A stretch of 64,000 bases of DNA from Candidatus Levyibacteriota bacterium (GTDB lineage: Bacteria; Patescibacteriota; Microgenomatia; Levybacterales; UBA12049), in assembly GCA_027334565.1 (NCBI GenBank), contig DAHWUP010000002.1:13203-77202 (forward strand). The letters are read 5' to 3'. The notes under the pieces are model-generated. The model was not told the origin of the DNA. It did not search any database and was given only the letters and a program-made list of their open reading frames with translations. A program made the translations under genes and the position numbers. How positions within the stretch are numbered: the stretch's first letter is position 1; the number at the start of each line of letters is the position of its first letter. Positions 9,569 to 19,728 of this stretch are shown in pieces.

Positions 9569-10756
9569 ATGGAAATGAACGTAAACGACGAGCTGTTGAC
9601 TCGCGGGGTCGCCAATATCATTCCCGGGAAAAAAGAACTTAAAGGCAAACTCGATAACGGTAAAAAAATCAATGTTTATTTGGGGATCGATCCGACTTCA
9701 ACCAAAATCCATCTGGGACACGCTGTTGCTTTGCGAAAACTCAACGAATTCGCCAAGAAGGGACATAACGTCACCTTCTTAATCGGCGATTTTACCGCCT
9801 TGATCGGCGACACGTCTGATAAAGAAACCGAAAGGCCGGCCTTAACTTTCGATGAGATAACCGAAAATTTTAAGACCTACAAAAAACAAGCGGAGAAAAT
9901 CCTTGATTTCTCTTTGGTCAAAATAAAATATAACAGCCAGTGGCTCAAACCCTTGACTTTCGAAGAGATTCTTAAACTTACCCAACATTTTAGCGCAGGT
10001 GATTTTATCGGAAGAGAACTCATCAAAAAGAGACTGGCGGAAGGGAAAAGGGTCGGACTACATGAGCTGCTTTATCCGGTAATGCAGGGCTATGACAGTT
10101 TTATGCTCGATACCGATCTTCAAATCGGCGGAACCGACCAAACCTTCAACATGCAGTCGGGAAGAACCATCATCAAAGTTAGACAGGGAAGAGAAAGTTT
10201 CATACTGACAACTCCTATCCTGGAAGGACCGGACGGAAGAAAAATGAGTAAATCCTGGGGGAATGCCATCTGGCTTGAAGATCCGCCTGAAGAGATGTAC
10301 GCAAAAGTAATGTCTATAAACGATGATCAAATAATCACTTATTTTGACCTTGCTACCAACTTGGGGATCAGGAAGATCAAAGACTTTGAACAACGACTGA
10401 AAAAAGAGAATCCGATCAATATTAAAAAAGAACTTGCTCGCCAAATAGTTTCGGAACTTCATTCCCCAAATGATGCCACTAAAGCGCAGAAAAAATTTGA
10501 AACCACCGTTCAAAAAAAAGAAATACCAGACAATATTAAACTTTTTTTCTTCGACCTGCCGGAACTCGGAATCGTCGAGATATTGATTCATACGAAACTA
10601 GCATCAAGTAATTCCGAAGCAAAAAGATTGATCGAACAAGGCGGGGTGGCAATCGATGATGTTATTATCAAACACCAAGACCAAATAATCGAAATTGGCA
10701 AGCAAAGATTGCTTCGGGTTGGAAAAAGGAATTTTGCAAGAATTGTGGTAAAATAG
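9569..10756 (+). CDS. tyrS: tyrosine-tRNA ligase
   Basis: GIDPT, HLGH, YPVMQGYD, GGTDQTFN, KMSKS, S4 domain; TATACT 7 nt before ATG 9569. Confidence 0.97.
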   Translation: MEMNVNDELLTRGVANIIPGKKELKGKLDNGKKINVYLGIDPTSTKIHLGHAVALRKLNEFAKKGHNVTFLIGDFTALIGDTSDKETERPALTFDEITENFKTYKKQAEKILDFSLVKIKYNSQWLKPLTFEEILKLTQHFSAGDFIGRELIKKRLAEGKRVGLHELLYPVMQGYDSFMLDTDLQIGGTDQTFNMQSGRTIIKVRQGRESFILTTPILEGPDGRKMSKSWGNAIWLEDPPEEMYAKVMSINDDQIITYFDLATNLGIRKIKDFEQRLKKENPINIKKELARQIVSELHSPNDATKAQKKFETTVQKKEIPDNIKLFFFDLPELGIVEILIHTKLASSNSEAKRLIEQGGVAIDDVIIKHQDQIIEIGKQRLLRVGKRNFARIVVK

Positions 10757-10760
10757 TCAT

Positions 10761-10868
10761 ATGGAAATGTTCAGGCGGAAACAATGGATTTGGAAAATAA
10801 TCGTAATAATTTCCTCGCTCGCCCTAATTGTAAGTTCGGCATTGGTGTTCTTGCCTCCTCCCAAGTAA
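10761..10868 (+). CDS. putative 35-aa single-pass membrane miniprotein
   Basis: MEMFRRKQWIWKIIVIISSLALIVSSALVFLPPPK*; basic N-terminus plus one hydrophobic helix; fills the tyrS-recG gap. Confidence 0.6.
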   Translation: MEMFRRKQWIWKIIVIISSLALIVSSALVFLPPPK

Positions 10869-10881
10869 TAACTTCCGAATT

Positions 10882-12894
10882 ATGGATTTACAATTACCGG
10901 TTCAAAAGTTTTCAAGAAGCTATAAAATGTATTTCCGAAAGCTTGAGCGTTTGGGTATTCACAAGCTAGAAGATTTTTTATTTCATATCCCGTTTAGATA
11001 TGACGATTATTCACTGACATCAAATGTCTCGGCACTTCAGGAAGGCGAAACGGTTACCGTTATGGGTAACCTTGAAAGCATAAAAAACGTTTATACCTAT
11101 CACCGGAAAAACCTGCAGCAAGCGGTGATCGCCGATAATACCGGAAAGCTCAATGTCCTCTGGTTTAACCAGCCGTTTCTGACCAGAATTTTAAAACCCG
11201 GAGACCATGTTTCGCTTTCCGGCAAAATCGTCACCGATAAGGGCAAGCTTGCAATGATTTCCCCGGAATATGAAGTGATCTTTGGCGGAAAGAACATCCA
11301 CACCGGTCGGTTGGTTCCGGTCTATCCCGAGACGCACGGAATTTCCTCAAAATGGCTCAGGCGACAAATCTACAAGCTGTTGGACCAGGCTTATCAAATC
11401 AAGGAATATCTGCCGCCACAGGTTATTGACGATAATAATCTGATGGACCTTTCCGATGCCTTACGCTTCGTCCATTTTCCGAATAGTCTTAAAGAGGCCG
11501 ATCGGGCAAAACAAAGATTAGCTTTCGATGAACTGTTCGATATGCAATTACAATCACTGGTACGAAAAAAACTATGGCAGCAAAAAATTATCAAAAAACC
11601 GATGGAAATCGAACGAGGGAAAATAGAAGGTTTTATCAAATCGCTTCCCTTTGAATTAACAAATTCACAAGTAAGCGCCGTCGGGGAGATAATTAAAGAT
11701 TTATCTTTGGAAAAACCGATGAACCGTCTGCTTGAGGGGGACGTGGGTAGCGGAAAAACCGTGGTCGCCTGTATTGCAATGTATATCGCCTTTATGAATA
11801 ATTTACAATCTGCTTTTCTCGCACCGACGGAAATTCTTGCAAAGCAGCATTTTAAAACCATCAAAGACTTTCTTTCTCCGTTCGGATTACAAATTAAACT
11901 GTTTACGGGATCATCAAAGAAAAATCAAACCGCAAAATTTGATATTGCGGTCGGTACCCATGCACTAATTTACAATCGGATAGAATTTGAACATTTGGGT
12001 CTTGTTGTTATCGACGAGCAGCAACGATTCGGCGTGGAACAACGCGCATCTATTAGAGGGAAAGGCAATAATCCTCACCTTTTGACCATGACTGCCACTC
12101 CGATCCCCAGAACTGTTGCTTTAACAATGTATGGGGATTTGGATCTTTCGCTTTTAAGCGACATGCCTAAGGGAAGGAAAATCGTCAAAACGTGGCTTGT
12201 TCCGCCGATTAAGCGTAACGGGGCCTACGCCTGGATTGAAAAAAAAATAAAAACCGAATTCGATCAGGTATTCATTGTCTGTCCGTTCATCGAGGAATCG
12301 GAAAGCATGGTCACTGTTAAAGCTGCGAAAATGGAGTACGAAAGGTTGAAAAATGAAATCTTTCCTGATCTGAAACTGGGCCTCTTACACGGCAAATTGA
12401 AGGCGGATGAAAAAGACCGGGTTTTAACCGAATTTAAAGACCGGAAAATAGATATTCTTGTTTCGACTCCGGTAGTTGAAGTTGGCATAGATATCCCTGG
12501 TGCTTCGATCATGCTAATAGAAGAGGCCGAGAGATTCGGACTTGCCCAACTGCACCAACTACGAGGTAGAGTAGGACGTTCGGATAAGCAGGCTTACTGC
12601 CTGCTATTTACGCAAAGCAAAACCAAAGAGACTTTGGACAGGTTAAAATTATTGGAAACCGTCTATTCCGGAGCGCAACTTGCCGAATTCGATCTAAAAC
12701 TTAGGGGCCCGGGACAGATCCACGGAACAGCCCAGCACGGAATTCCAAGACTAAAAATTGCCAGTTTTGCCGATTTTGATTTAATTGAAAAAACCGGAAT
12801 CGAAGCTAGAAAAATTTTTCACCAACTCAAACAATATCCCATGCTTTCGGCAAGAATCAAGCCTTTAAGCGAGCAACTTGTTTCACCCGATTAG
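10882..12894 (+). CDS. recG: ATP-dependent DNA helicase RecG
   Basis: GDVGSGKT, DEQQRFGVEQR, MTATPIPRT, QLHQLRGRVGR, DLKLRGPG. Confidence 0.97.
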   Translation: MDLQLPVQKFSRSYKMYFRKLERLGIHKLEDFLFHIPFRYDDYSLTSNVSALQEGETVTVMGNLESIKNVYTYHRKNLQQAVIADNTGKLNVLWFNQPFLTRILKPGDHVSLSGKIVTDKGKLAMISPEYEVIFGGKNIHTGRLVPVYPETHGISSKWLRRQIYKLLDQAYQIKEYLPPQVIDDNNLMDLSDALRFVHFPNSLKEADRAKQRLAFDELFDMQLQSLVRKKLWQQKIIKKPMEIERGKIEGFIKSLPFELTNSQVSAVGEIIKDLSLEKPMNRLLEGDVGSGKTVVACIAMYIAFMNNLQSAFLAPTEILAKQHFKTIKDFLSPFGLQIKLFTGSSKKNQTAKFDIAVGTHALIYNRIEFEHLGLVVIDEQQRFGVEQRASIRGKGNNPHLLTMTATPIPRTVALTMYGDLDLSLLSDMPKGRKIVKTWLVPPIKRNGAYAWIEKKIKTEFDQVFIVCPFIEESESMVTVKAAKMEYERLKNEIFPDLKLGLLHGKLKADEKDRVLTEFKDRKIDILVSTPVVEVGIDIPGASIMLIEEAERFGLAQLHQLRGRVGRSDKQAYCLLFTQSKTKETLDRLKLLETVYSGAQLAEFDLKLRGPGQIHGTAQHGIPRLKIASFADFDLIEKTGIEARKIFHQLKQYPMLSARIKPLSEQLVSPD

Positions 12895-12937
12895 CTACCC
12901 GTTGCATGCCGAAACGAAATAAAGTAAAATACAGATT

Positions 12938-13159
12938 ATGCCACAAGAGCCGAAAAAAAGACACAGCAGACAAAGACAAGGTAAAAGAAGAGCAGCTATC
13001 AAACTGACGGTTTTACGTACCGTAATATGCACAAATTGCGGTAAATCGATCCCTTCGCACAAAGTTTGCAAATATTGCGGTTTTTATAAAGGAAAAAGGG
13101 TGGTAAATACGGCAAAAAGAGAGAAAAAGGAAGAAAAAACAAAATCAGGCCAAACCTAG
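12938..13159 (+). CDS. rpmF: 50S ribosomal protein L32
   Basis: PKKRHSR...CTNCG...HKVCKYCGFYKG. Confidence 0.95.
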   Translation: MPQEPKKRHSRQRQGKRRAAIKLTVLRTVICTNCGKSIPSHKVCKYCGFYKGKRVVNTAKREKKEEKTKSGQT

Positions 13160-13174
13160 ACAGCTATTCAGAAA

Positions 13175-13522
13175 ATGAAAACTCCTCTTGACCCCAGACA
13201 TCAAAAAAGAAGGAAAGCTGTTGAAGATCTTTTTAAATCTCAGTTTTTAAAACAACCGATCGGGGAAATCGCCCAAAAGATTATGCGACAGCAGGATTTC
13301 ATAGATCAAAAGATCAATGAGATTGCTCCGGATTTTCCTATAGATAAGGTCAATAAAATAGACCTGGCTATCCTTAGGCTATCGATTTTTGAGCTTTTGA
13401 TTGACAAAACTCAACCCCCGAGGGTTATAATAGATGAAGCTGTTGAGCTCGCCAAGGAATACGGAGGGGAAACCAGCCCAAAATTTATTAACGGAGCACT
13501 GGGTAAATTAATCAAGCAATGA
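13175..13522 (+). CDS. nusB: transcription antitermination factor NusB
   Basis: IDLAILRL, IIDEAVELAKEYG, KFINGAL. Confidence 0.93.
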   Translation: MKTPLDPRHQKRRKAVEDLFKSQFLKQPIGEIAQKIMRQQDFIDQKINEIAPDFPIDKVNKIDLAILRLSIFELLIDKTQPPRVIIDEAVELAKEYGGETSPKFINGALGKLIKQ

Positions 13523-14205
13523 TCGATATTCCGAAATTCAAAAATCAACGTTTATTCGAACAGGCGTTCATACACCGAAGTTATCTAAACGAAACCAAGG
13601 AACAACTTTCATCCAACGAGCGCCTGGAATTTTTAGGTGACAGTATTATTTCGTTCGTCGTTTCAAAACATTTATTTTCAAAGTATCCGGATTATAACGA
13701 AGGAATACTTACCAACCTAAGGTCTCTTTTGGTCAACACCAAAAGCTTGGCCAAAATAGCCAAAGAATTAGGTTTTGGTAACCTCCTAAAGCTTTCAAAG
13801 GGTGAAGAAGACTCCAAAGGCAGGCAAAACCAAAGCTTGCTCGCTGATTGTTTTGAAGCTTTCATCGGTGCCCTTTTCATCGACCAAGGAATCGATATTG
13901 TCATCGATTTTCTCAATAAAACCTTAATTCCCAAAGTCGAAGAAGTCGAAAAAACCCGAACATATAAAGATCCCAAAAGCCTTTTGCAGGAATATGCTCA
14001 AGCAAAAAGATTTAGCTCTCCCGTATATAAGGTTCTTCAGGAATCCGGACCTGCACACAAAAGAATTTTTAAAATCGGAGCTTATGTGAATAATCAGTTG
14101 GTCGGAGAAGGTTTCGGGAAATCCAAGCGTGACGCGGAAGAACAGGCGGCAGAGAAAGCCCTCGAAAAAGTCAAATCCCAAACACCGTTGAAGAGTCGAA
14201 TCTAA
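13519..14205 (+). CDS. rnc: ribonuclease III
   Basis: NERLEFLGDS signature, ADCFEAFIGA, C-terminal dsRNA-binding domain. Confidence 0.97.
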   Translation: MIDIPKFKNQRLFEQAFIHRSYLNETKEQLSSNERLEFLGDSIISFVVSKHLFSKYPDYNEGILTNLRSLLVNTKSLAKIAKELGFGNLLKLSKGEEDSKGRQNQSLLADCFEAFIGALFIDQGIDIVIDFLNKTLIPKVEEVEKTRTYKDPKSLLQEYAQAKRFSSPVYKVLQESGPAHKRIFKIGAYVNNQLVGEGFGKSKRDAEEQAAEKALEKVKSQTPLKSRI

Positions 14206-14223
14206 AATGGTAAAATATACTTT

Positions 14224-14442
14224 ATGCTAATCATTCGATCATCTACAACCGGTAAAAGAGGAGAACGGAAATTCAGGATCGTTGTAAAAGAGAAAAGATC
14301 CAGAAGAGACGGCAAAGCTATAGAGACCTTAGGCTGGTACGAAAAAGGTCCCAACGGAAAAAAACAAATCGATAAAGTAAGATATGATTACTGGGTTTCA
14401 AAGGGGGCGGTTCCAACGCCTGCCATTGAAAAATTAATTTAA
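14224..14442 (+). CDS. rpsP: 30S ribosomal protein S16
   Basis: FRIVV...RRDGKAIETLGWY...YWVSKGAVPT. Confidence 0.93.
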   Translation: MLIIRSSTTGKRGERKFRIVVKEKRSRRDGKAIETLGWYEKGPNGKKQIDKVRYDYWVSKGAVPTPAIEKLI

Positions 14443-14681
14443 TGAAAGACACACTTTTATATATTGTTTCGTCTATAGTCGAGCATCCGGATAAGGTATC
14501 TGTGAGCGAAGAGGAGAGCGAGGGTGTAATAAACTTCCAAGTGAATGTTGATAAAGAGGATATGGGAAGAGTAATCGGTAAGAACGGAAAAGTGATCAAA
14601 GCTATCCGAAATGTATTGAAAATTCCTGCCATAAAAAGCAATAAAAAAATCTATATCGCACTATCCGAAATTCCCCAGTAG
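14442..14681 (+). CDS. khpA: KH-domain RNA-binding protein (KhpA/YlqC)
   Basis: DMGRVIGKNGKVIKAIR; conserved position after rpsP. Confidence 0.88.
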   Translation: MKDTLLYIVSSIVEHPDKVSVSEEESEGVINFQVNVDKEDMGRVIGKNGKVIKAIRNVLKIPAIKSNKKIYIALSEIPQ

Positions 14682-14685
14682 GATT

Positions 14686-15399
14686 ATGAAAATATCAATC
14701 ATCACGCTCTTTCCGGAAATGTTCGACGGACCGTTTAAATATTCCATTGTCCAAAGAGCTATCGAAAAGAAACTGGTACAAATTTCGTTTATTAATCTTC
14801 GGGATTTCGGACTTGGAAAACATAAGTTGGTTGACGACACGCCGTACGGTGGAGGGTACGGAATGATTCTAAGGGCAGATGTGTTATTAAAGGCCGTTCA
14901 AAGCGCAAAAATTCGCGACACAAAAACAAAACAAAAAGTCGTATTGTTGAGCCCGCACGGCAAAAGCTTTAAGCAGAAAATTGCGAAACGGTTCTCAAAA
15001 CTTGATAATTTGATCCTAATTTGCGGACACTATGAAGGATTTGATGAGAGAATAAAGAATTACATCGACGAAGAAATATCGGTGGGTGATTTTATTTTAA
15101 CCGGAGGAGAACTACCGGCAATGCTTGTGACCGATTCCGTCGTAAGGCTGATTAAAGGCGCTATTGCAAAAGGTTCCCCAGAGGAAGAATCCTTTTCTCC
15201 ACTGCTTGAATATCCGCAATATACCAAACCTGCGGTATTTAAGGGATTACATGTTCCCGATATCCTGCTGTCGGGAAACCATAAAGAGATTGCCAAATGG
15301 AGAATGGAGAAATCGCTCCAAATCACCCGAAAACTTAGGCCCGACCTAATCAAAACGGCGAGTAATTCGTCTGAGAAGAAGAACTGGCCACTAAACTGA
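14686..15399 (+). CDS. trmD: tRNA (guanine-N1)-methyltransferase
   Basis: DDTPYGGGYGM, CGHYEGFDERI, GDFILTGGE, LEYPQYT. Confidence 0.97.
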   Translation: MKISIITLFPEMFDGPFKYSIVQRAIEKKLVQISFINLRDFGLGKHKLVDDTPYGGGYGMILRADVLLKAVQSAKIRDTKTKQKVVLLSPHGKSFKQKIAKRFSKLDNLILICGHYEGFDERIKNYIDEEISVGDFILTGGELPAMLVTDSVVRLIKGAIAKGSPEEESFSPLLEYPQYTKPAVFKGLHVPDILLSGNHKEIAKWRMEKSLQITRKLRPDLIKTASNSSEKKNWPLN

Positions 15400-16150
15400 C
15401 GCTGGCTGAAGCGATCGCCTGTGTATCCGATAACAATAGCCCATTTTGTACAATCAGATTATTCCAGGTGTATAAATTGGTAATAAGACTTTTATCACCG
15501 GATGATAGGGGATTAATCGGTGTTTCATCGCTCAAATTCTGCGGCGGAAAAGGTTTAAAAAAGAAGTTTAATAATAAGTCCGCTTGGGTATTGTTTAGTT
15601 TGATGCTGTAAACCTCTGCCAAGGGTACGGTCTTATATAACTCATTAAGAAACGACGTCAGCGAGGCAGTGCTTCCGTTTGTTTGAAGCTGCACTTGTAT
15701 GGTTGGATAGGGTAAGTTATCAGAACCGGTTAATTTGGATAAATTTCCCGGACTGAATTGAAAACTATTTATAGCTATTCCCGCTCTTGCGGAAGCTACG
15801 GAAATCGCGGTCATAATACCGTAAAAATCTTTCCCGGAAGGCAGTGTTTTTGTTAGCAGTTTTAAATCCGAACTCGACTGGGTATCATCAAGGCTGACCA
15901 AATAATTATAATTATTTTTTAAAACGTTCAACTGTTGTGTGGCCTGATCGAGCTGATTTTTAGAGCTAAAATATTGGTTAATTTGGGGAATAATCACCAT
16001 GAATAATATCAAGATGCTTGCAAGTATAACAATCATGGGAAATAAATAACCTTTATATTTATTGTAGGTTATATATAACGATTCCTTATCCGGCTTTAGA
16101 TCCTGAATTCCCTGCAAATTTAAATTGTTTAGTCCAAAATTTTGTTCCAT
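15350..16150 (-). CDS. type IV pilus alignment protein, PilO-like
   Basis: Single TM, coiled coil, extracellular domain; follows pilM and the PilN-like gene. Confidence 0.65.
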   Translation of the reverse strand: MEQNFGLNNLNLQGIQDLKPDKESLYITYNKYKGYLFPMIVILASILILFMVIIPQINQYFSSKNQLDQATQQLNVLKNNYNYLVSLDDTQSSSDLKLLTKTLPSGKDFYGIMTAISVASARAGIAINSFQFSPGNLSKLTGSDNLPYPTIQVQLQTNGSTASLTSFLNELYKTVPLAEVYSIKLNNTQADLLLNFFFKPFPPQNLSDETPINPLSSGDKSLITNLYTWNNLIVQNGLLLSDTQAIASASVSLVASSSSQTNYSPF

Positions 16151-16152
16151 AT

Positions 16153-16686
16153 TTATAAAATATCTGCCTGAAACGTCAACCTGTACACCGATAGATCCGA
16201 ATTGTACACCAGACTTTGTATGCTAAAATTGGATATTTTACTATTTTTATTGACCGAATCGATCAAACCGTTGATGTAATCGTTCATTGACATAAGCGAA
16301 GCACCTGTCACAGTGATCGATAATGAACCGTTATCGAGTATCATTTGGGTTACCGTTAGGTCCGACGGCAAAATGGTCATGAACTGATTGACTATTTGTG
16401 GATAATCTTTACGTTTATTAAGTAAAATCTGGATGTTATGAACTCTGTCCTGCGTTAACACCACCGTCACTATCCTTTGATGTAGTTGCGAAATTCCCTG
16501 CAGGGTTTGATTCTGACTGTTTTTAACCGCGTTGATAGGCAAAAGCAAGGTAATGGCGAAAAATATAATCGAAATCAGTCCGACACAAATAATTGAGCAT
16601 AGAGCGAGTATTTTTACTATCTTTTGCTGTTTAAACTGATTCTCAACTTCTACACTTCTTCCCGGTGCCAGATTAATTTCATTCAT
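16153..16686 (-). CDS. type IV pilus alignment protein, PilN-like
   Basis: N-terminal INL(A)P PilM-binding motif, TM, coiled coil. Confidence 0.7.
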   Translation of the reverse strand: MNEINLAPGRSVEVENQFKQQKIVKILALCSIICVGLISIIFFAITLLLPINAVKNSQNQTLQGISQLHQRIVTVVLTQDRVHNIQILLNKRKDYPQIVNQFMTILPSDLTVTQMILDNGSLSITVTGASLMSMNDYINGLIDSVNKNSKISNFSIQSLVYNSDLSVYRLTFQADIL

Positions 16687-17713
16687 AATCTCTCATTGCC
16701 AAACCGACTGCGATTGTATAATCCGCAGCATTGTCTATGATTTCCTTCGGAACCTCCTGAGACGCTAAAATCTTCCAGGGGTTGGCGATGGCTGTTTCAA
16801 TGCCTGAGTTATTGGCAAAATATAATTCAATTCCCGGTAACTTGGCCGATCCACCGCATAGTATGATCTGTCTTATCGGTGAGTCGTTCTGATATTTTTG
16901 CGAATAATAGGCGATGGATTTTTTGATTTCAGCCAAAATGGAATTTAAGATTGGTACGGTTGCCCGGCTGATTTTTCCACCCAACGATTTTTCGGATACT
17001 CCATAAACCCTTTTATACTCTTCCGCCTGTTGGGGCGTAAGTCCGAAATCCGTAGCAATTGCCCTGTTGATTGCGGCACCGCCCAAGGACATCGAATAAG
17101 TAAATATCATTATCCCGTTTTTAACAATCGCGAAAGAAGTGCTTATCGCACCGATGTTAACGATAAGACTGGTCGGATAAGTTTCATCCAATACCAAAGC
17201 CCGTAAGGTTGAAAGGATCTCTGTTTCCATCCCCTTGACCGAAAGTCCCGCCATTTGAGCGACTCTTTGATATTTATTAACCAATACCGTTGGTGCCCCA
17301 ACCATCAAAACCTGCATCTTTCCCGCAGTTCCTTTATCCAACGGTCTTTTTAAAACATTCCAAACCAAAGTTATATTTTGCAGGGGAACGGGAATATATT
17401 GTTCTGCTTCCCAATATATGGCCGAGGCCAGTTCCTTATCGGAAATCACAGGCATATCCAACACCTTGGTGTAAACCTGATTTTCGGGCAAAGCAATGTT
17501 TACCAAGCTGGAATTGATACCGGTATCTTTTACCATTTTTGCTACGGTCTGTGCCATCGCTTCTTCGTCAAGAGGAGAGCCGGACATCATTCCCTTGGGA
17601 GGTGAAGGAACAATTGATGCGGCCTTTAACACGAACGACTTGTTCTTGCCCGAAAGCATAACAAGTTTGATAGATGTTGCACCGATATCGAGACCGAAAG
17701 ACTCTTTATTCAT
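16679..17713 (-). CDS. pilM: type IV pilus assembly protein PilM
   Basis: Actin-like GLDIGATSIK, EAEQYIP, LCGGSAKLPG, AVGLAMR. Confidence 0.93.
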   Translation of the reverse strand: MNKESFGLDIGATSIKLVMLSGKNKSFVLKAASIVPSPPKGMMSGSPLDEEAMAQTVAKMVKDTGINSSLVNIALPENQVYTKVLDMPVISDKELASAIYWEAEQYIPVPLQNITLVWNVLKRPLDKGTAGKMQVLMVGAPTVLVNKYQRVAQMAGLSVKGMETEILSTLRALVLDETYPTSLIVNIGAISTSFAIVKNGIMIFTYSMSLGGAAINRAIATDFGLTPQQAEEYKRVYGVSEKSLGGKISRATVPILNSILAEIKKSIAYYSQKYQNDSPIRQIILCGGSAKLPGIELYFANNSGIETAIANPWKILASQEVPKEIIDNAADYTIAVGLAMRDYE

Positions 17714-18579
17714 TACGGCTGAAACAGATTATAAGGAAAGAATTCGGCAGGAACTTCGGGGTATCCCTCATAAACAGTAATCTTTCGGGTTGTACTGTTA
17801 TTGGCTGTACCTTGAGATGTAATTATCCTGCCTTGCGCCGGTAATGTGGGAGTTCCAAAAACGCCGATCGCTGTTCCCATGTAGATCGGGTTTATTCTGA
17901 TAAGAAGCACATTAGGAGGCAATACTCCCGAGCCAGAGGTAAGGGTTGCTCTGTATTGCAGGGTTTGCCCACCGATATTTGTAGTGGCCTGTGAAGTTGA
18001 GGTGGCCGTACCGAAATGATTTACCGCTCTTCTTGCCGAACACGGATCGATCGTAACCCTCTTAAGACTTGGTGCTGCTTTAGTGCCGTAAATAATGGCA
18101 ACCTCAAGCGCTGCATTATTGCAAGGATTATTTTTATCGTTTCCCCAGAAAATATCAAACTCGGAGCCCGACCAGCTTGTACTAAATGCCGTGGCAGGAT
18201 CGGAAGAGTAGGTTGTGACCCAGACATCGATCGCATCATCTTTGGAAACCAGGTCTCCGCCGTTTATCAAAAAATTTTGTGTGGTATTCTGGGTACTTAC
18301 GGTCGTAGAATATGAGGTTGCATTTGTGGTACCGGTCGTATTAAATGTTCCGACGATCGCGGGCGCCCCGGGTGCGGTATCGTTTTTCAATGCCTGTTCG
18401 ACTCCTGCCTCCGCTGCGGCCAGTGCTTTCTGCGAATTTGCTTGGTTGGTAGTATTTTTAACGTTTACGACACTGCGCGTGGCAATCGACAGGCCTACCG
18501 TCAAAGCGACCACCATTATTAAAACTACTATAAGAAGAGCCTGTCCTCCCTGGCTTTTGAGCCTATTTGTAAAAGTCAT
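17713..18579 (-). CDS. PilX-like minor pilin
   Basis: G|QALLIVVLIM leader, ALAAAEAGVEQAL; ATG 18579 follows TTGACA-17-TACTCT. Confidence 0.8.
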   Translation of the reverse strand: MTFTNRLKSQGGQALLIVVLIMVVALTVGLSIATRSVVNVKNTTNQANSQKALAAAEAGVEQALKNDTAPGAPAIVGTFNTTGTTNATSYSTTVSTQNTTQNFLINGGDLVSKDDAIDVWVTTYSSDPATAFSTSWSGSEFDIFWGNDKNNPCNNAALEVAIIYGTKAAPSLKRVTIDPCSARRAVNHFGTATSTSQATTNIGGQTLQYRATLTSGSGVLPPNVLLIRINPIYMGTAIGVFGTPTLPAQGRIITSQGTANNSTTRKITVYEGYPEVPAEFFPYNLFQP

Positions 18580-18631
18580 ACTCTTAATATAGAGTAGCAA
18601 TAAATCTTACGGCTTGTCAACTTCCCGAAAC

Positions 18632-19246
18632 TTAATTACTGTTCCGCGGTTGCACGCTGGTTTCAAAATCCAAACTGGACTTTTGTTCGGCCAGCTGGGC
18701 AGGGTTTAAAGGATTGAATGTTTGGACGGTGAACGAAATCGTTACCAGCGGACTGACTCCCGTGCCTGAACCGTTACAGAGGATCTGGCAGTTGGTAACA
18801 TACAGTGAACTATCTACCAAAGATGCCCCGTTTGAAGCGATCGTATAGGGCGGTGAATCGGTTTGTCCGTTGCAGCTGTAAACGGTGGTGCCTCCGTCAA
18901 AAGATTGAACCCGGATATATTTGTAAACCGTTGTTGAAGTTGACGGACAATCGGTTATATACGTACTTCCGTTCGTACCGTTGACATCGCATGAATTATT
19001 TAAAATACCGGGGTTGTTATCGGTGCTTACACCGCAAAAGTTTTGTGCATATGCGATTGTTTTACTGATCTGAGAAAGCGCATAATTTCCGTTTTGACGG
19101 ATATTGTTGACGCTTGAAGCTTTGTTTATCCCGCGAAGCGTACCGGTAATTATGCCCAAAGCAACGCCTCCTACAATGGTTAATATCATCAATACAACCA
19201 AAAGTTCTATTAATGTAAAACCTTGATCATTTAATGTTTTTTTCAT
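18632..19246 (-). CDS. minor pilin (PilW-like)
   Basis: G|FTLIELL prepilin motif. Confidence 0.85.
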   Translation of the reverse strand: MKKTLNDQGFTLIELLVVLMILTIVGGVALGIITGTLRGINKASSVNNIRQNGNYALSQISKTIAYAQNFCGVSTDNNPGILNNSCDVNGTNGSTYITDCPSTSTTVYKYIRVQSFDGGTTVYSCNGQTDSPPYTIASNGASLVDSSLYVTNCQILCNGSGTGVSPLVTISFTVQTFNPLNPAQLAEQKSSLDFETSVQPRNSN

Positions 19247-19728
19247 GGGTTAGGCGGATTAGCTATTTGTGCAAAACAGGAATCTAAGGTCACGTTTTCA
19301 CAATATTTGTTGCTTCCGGTACATTTGGAATCAGGCCAGGAAACGGATACCGTCACCTTTTCACCGGAACCGCAGCTAGCGTCGGCGGTGTTAATCACAA
19401 CCGACCGGATAAAATTATTATTATTACTTGTGATATTCGGGGTACTACAACCCCCGGTCGGAGAACCAAGGTCGGTAGAATTTTCAGCCAGGCAATAAGT
19501 CCCGGATACATAAGCCGAAAAGGCGCTCCAGTTGGAATCGCTTTGTTGTCGTACAATATCTAAAGCCTGCTGGGCATATTGGGTTGCCAGATTCTGGGTT
19601 TTGGAATAATCCGCATTATTTACGGTTGTTAATACTACCAGGGCTATAGATCCGATAATAATTGCCGCAACTCCCAATGCCAGCATCGCTTCAACCAGTG
19701 ATTGTCCTTTATCATTTATAATCATCAT
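19243..19728 (-). CDS. minor pilin (PilV-like)
   Basis: Likely start MMIINDKG|QSLVEAML at 19728, ATGA overlap with the upstream stop; Cys-rich C-terminus. Confidence 0.8.
   Translation of the reverse strand: MMIINDKGQSLVEAMLALGVAAIIIGSIALVVLTTVNNADYSKTQNLATQYAQQALDIVRQQSDSNWSAFSAYVSGTYCLAENSTDLGSPTGGCSTPNITSNNNNFIRSVVINTADASCGSGEKVTVSVSWPDSKCTGSNKYCENVTLDSCFAQIANPPNP

Noticed and set aside
14224-15399. rimM missing between khpA and trmD; 50-bp convergent overlap of trmD with the PilO-like gene
   Set aside because: Consistent with ordinary genome reduction and compaction; rimM could lie elsewhere.
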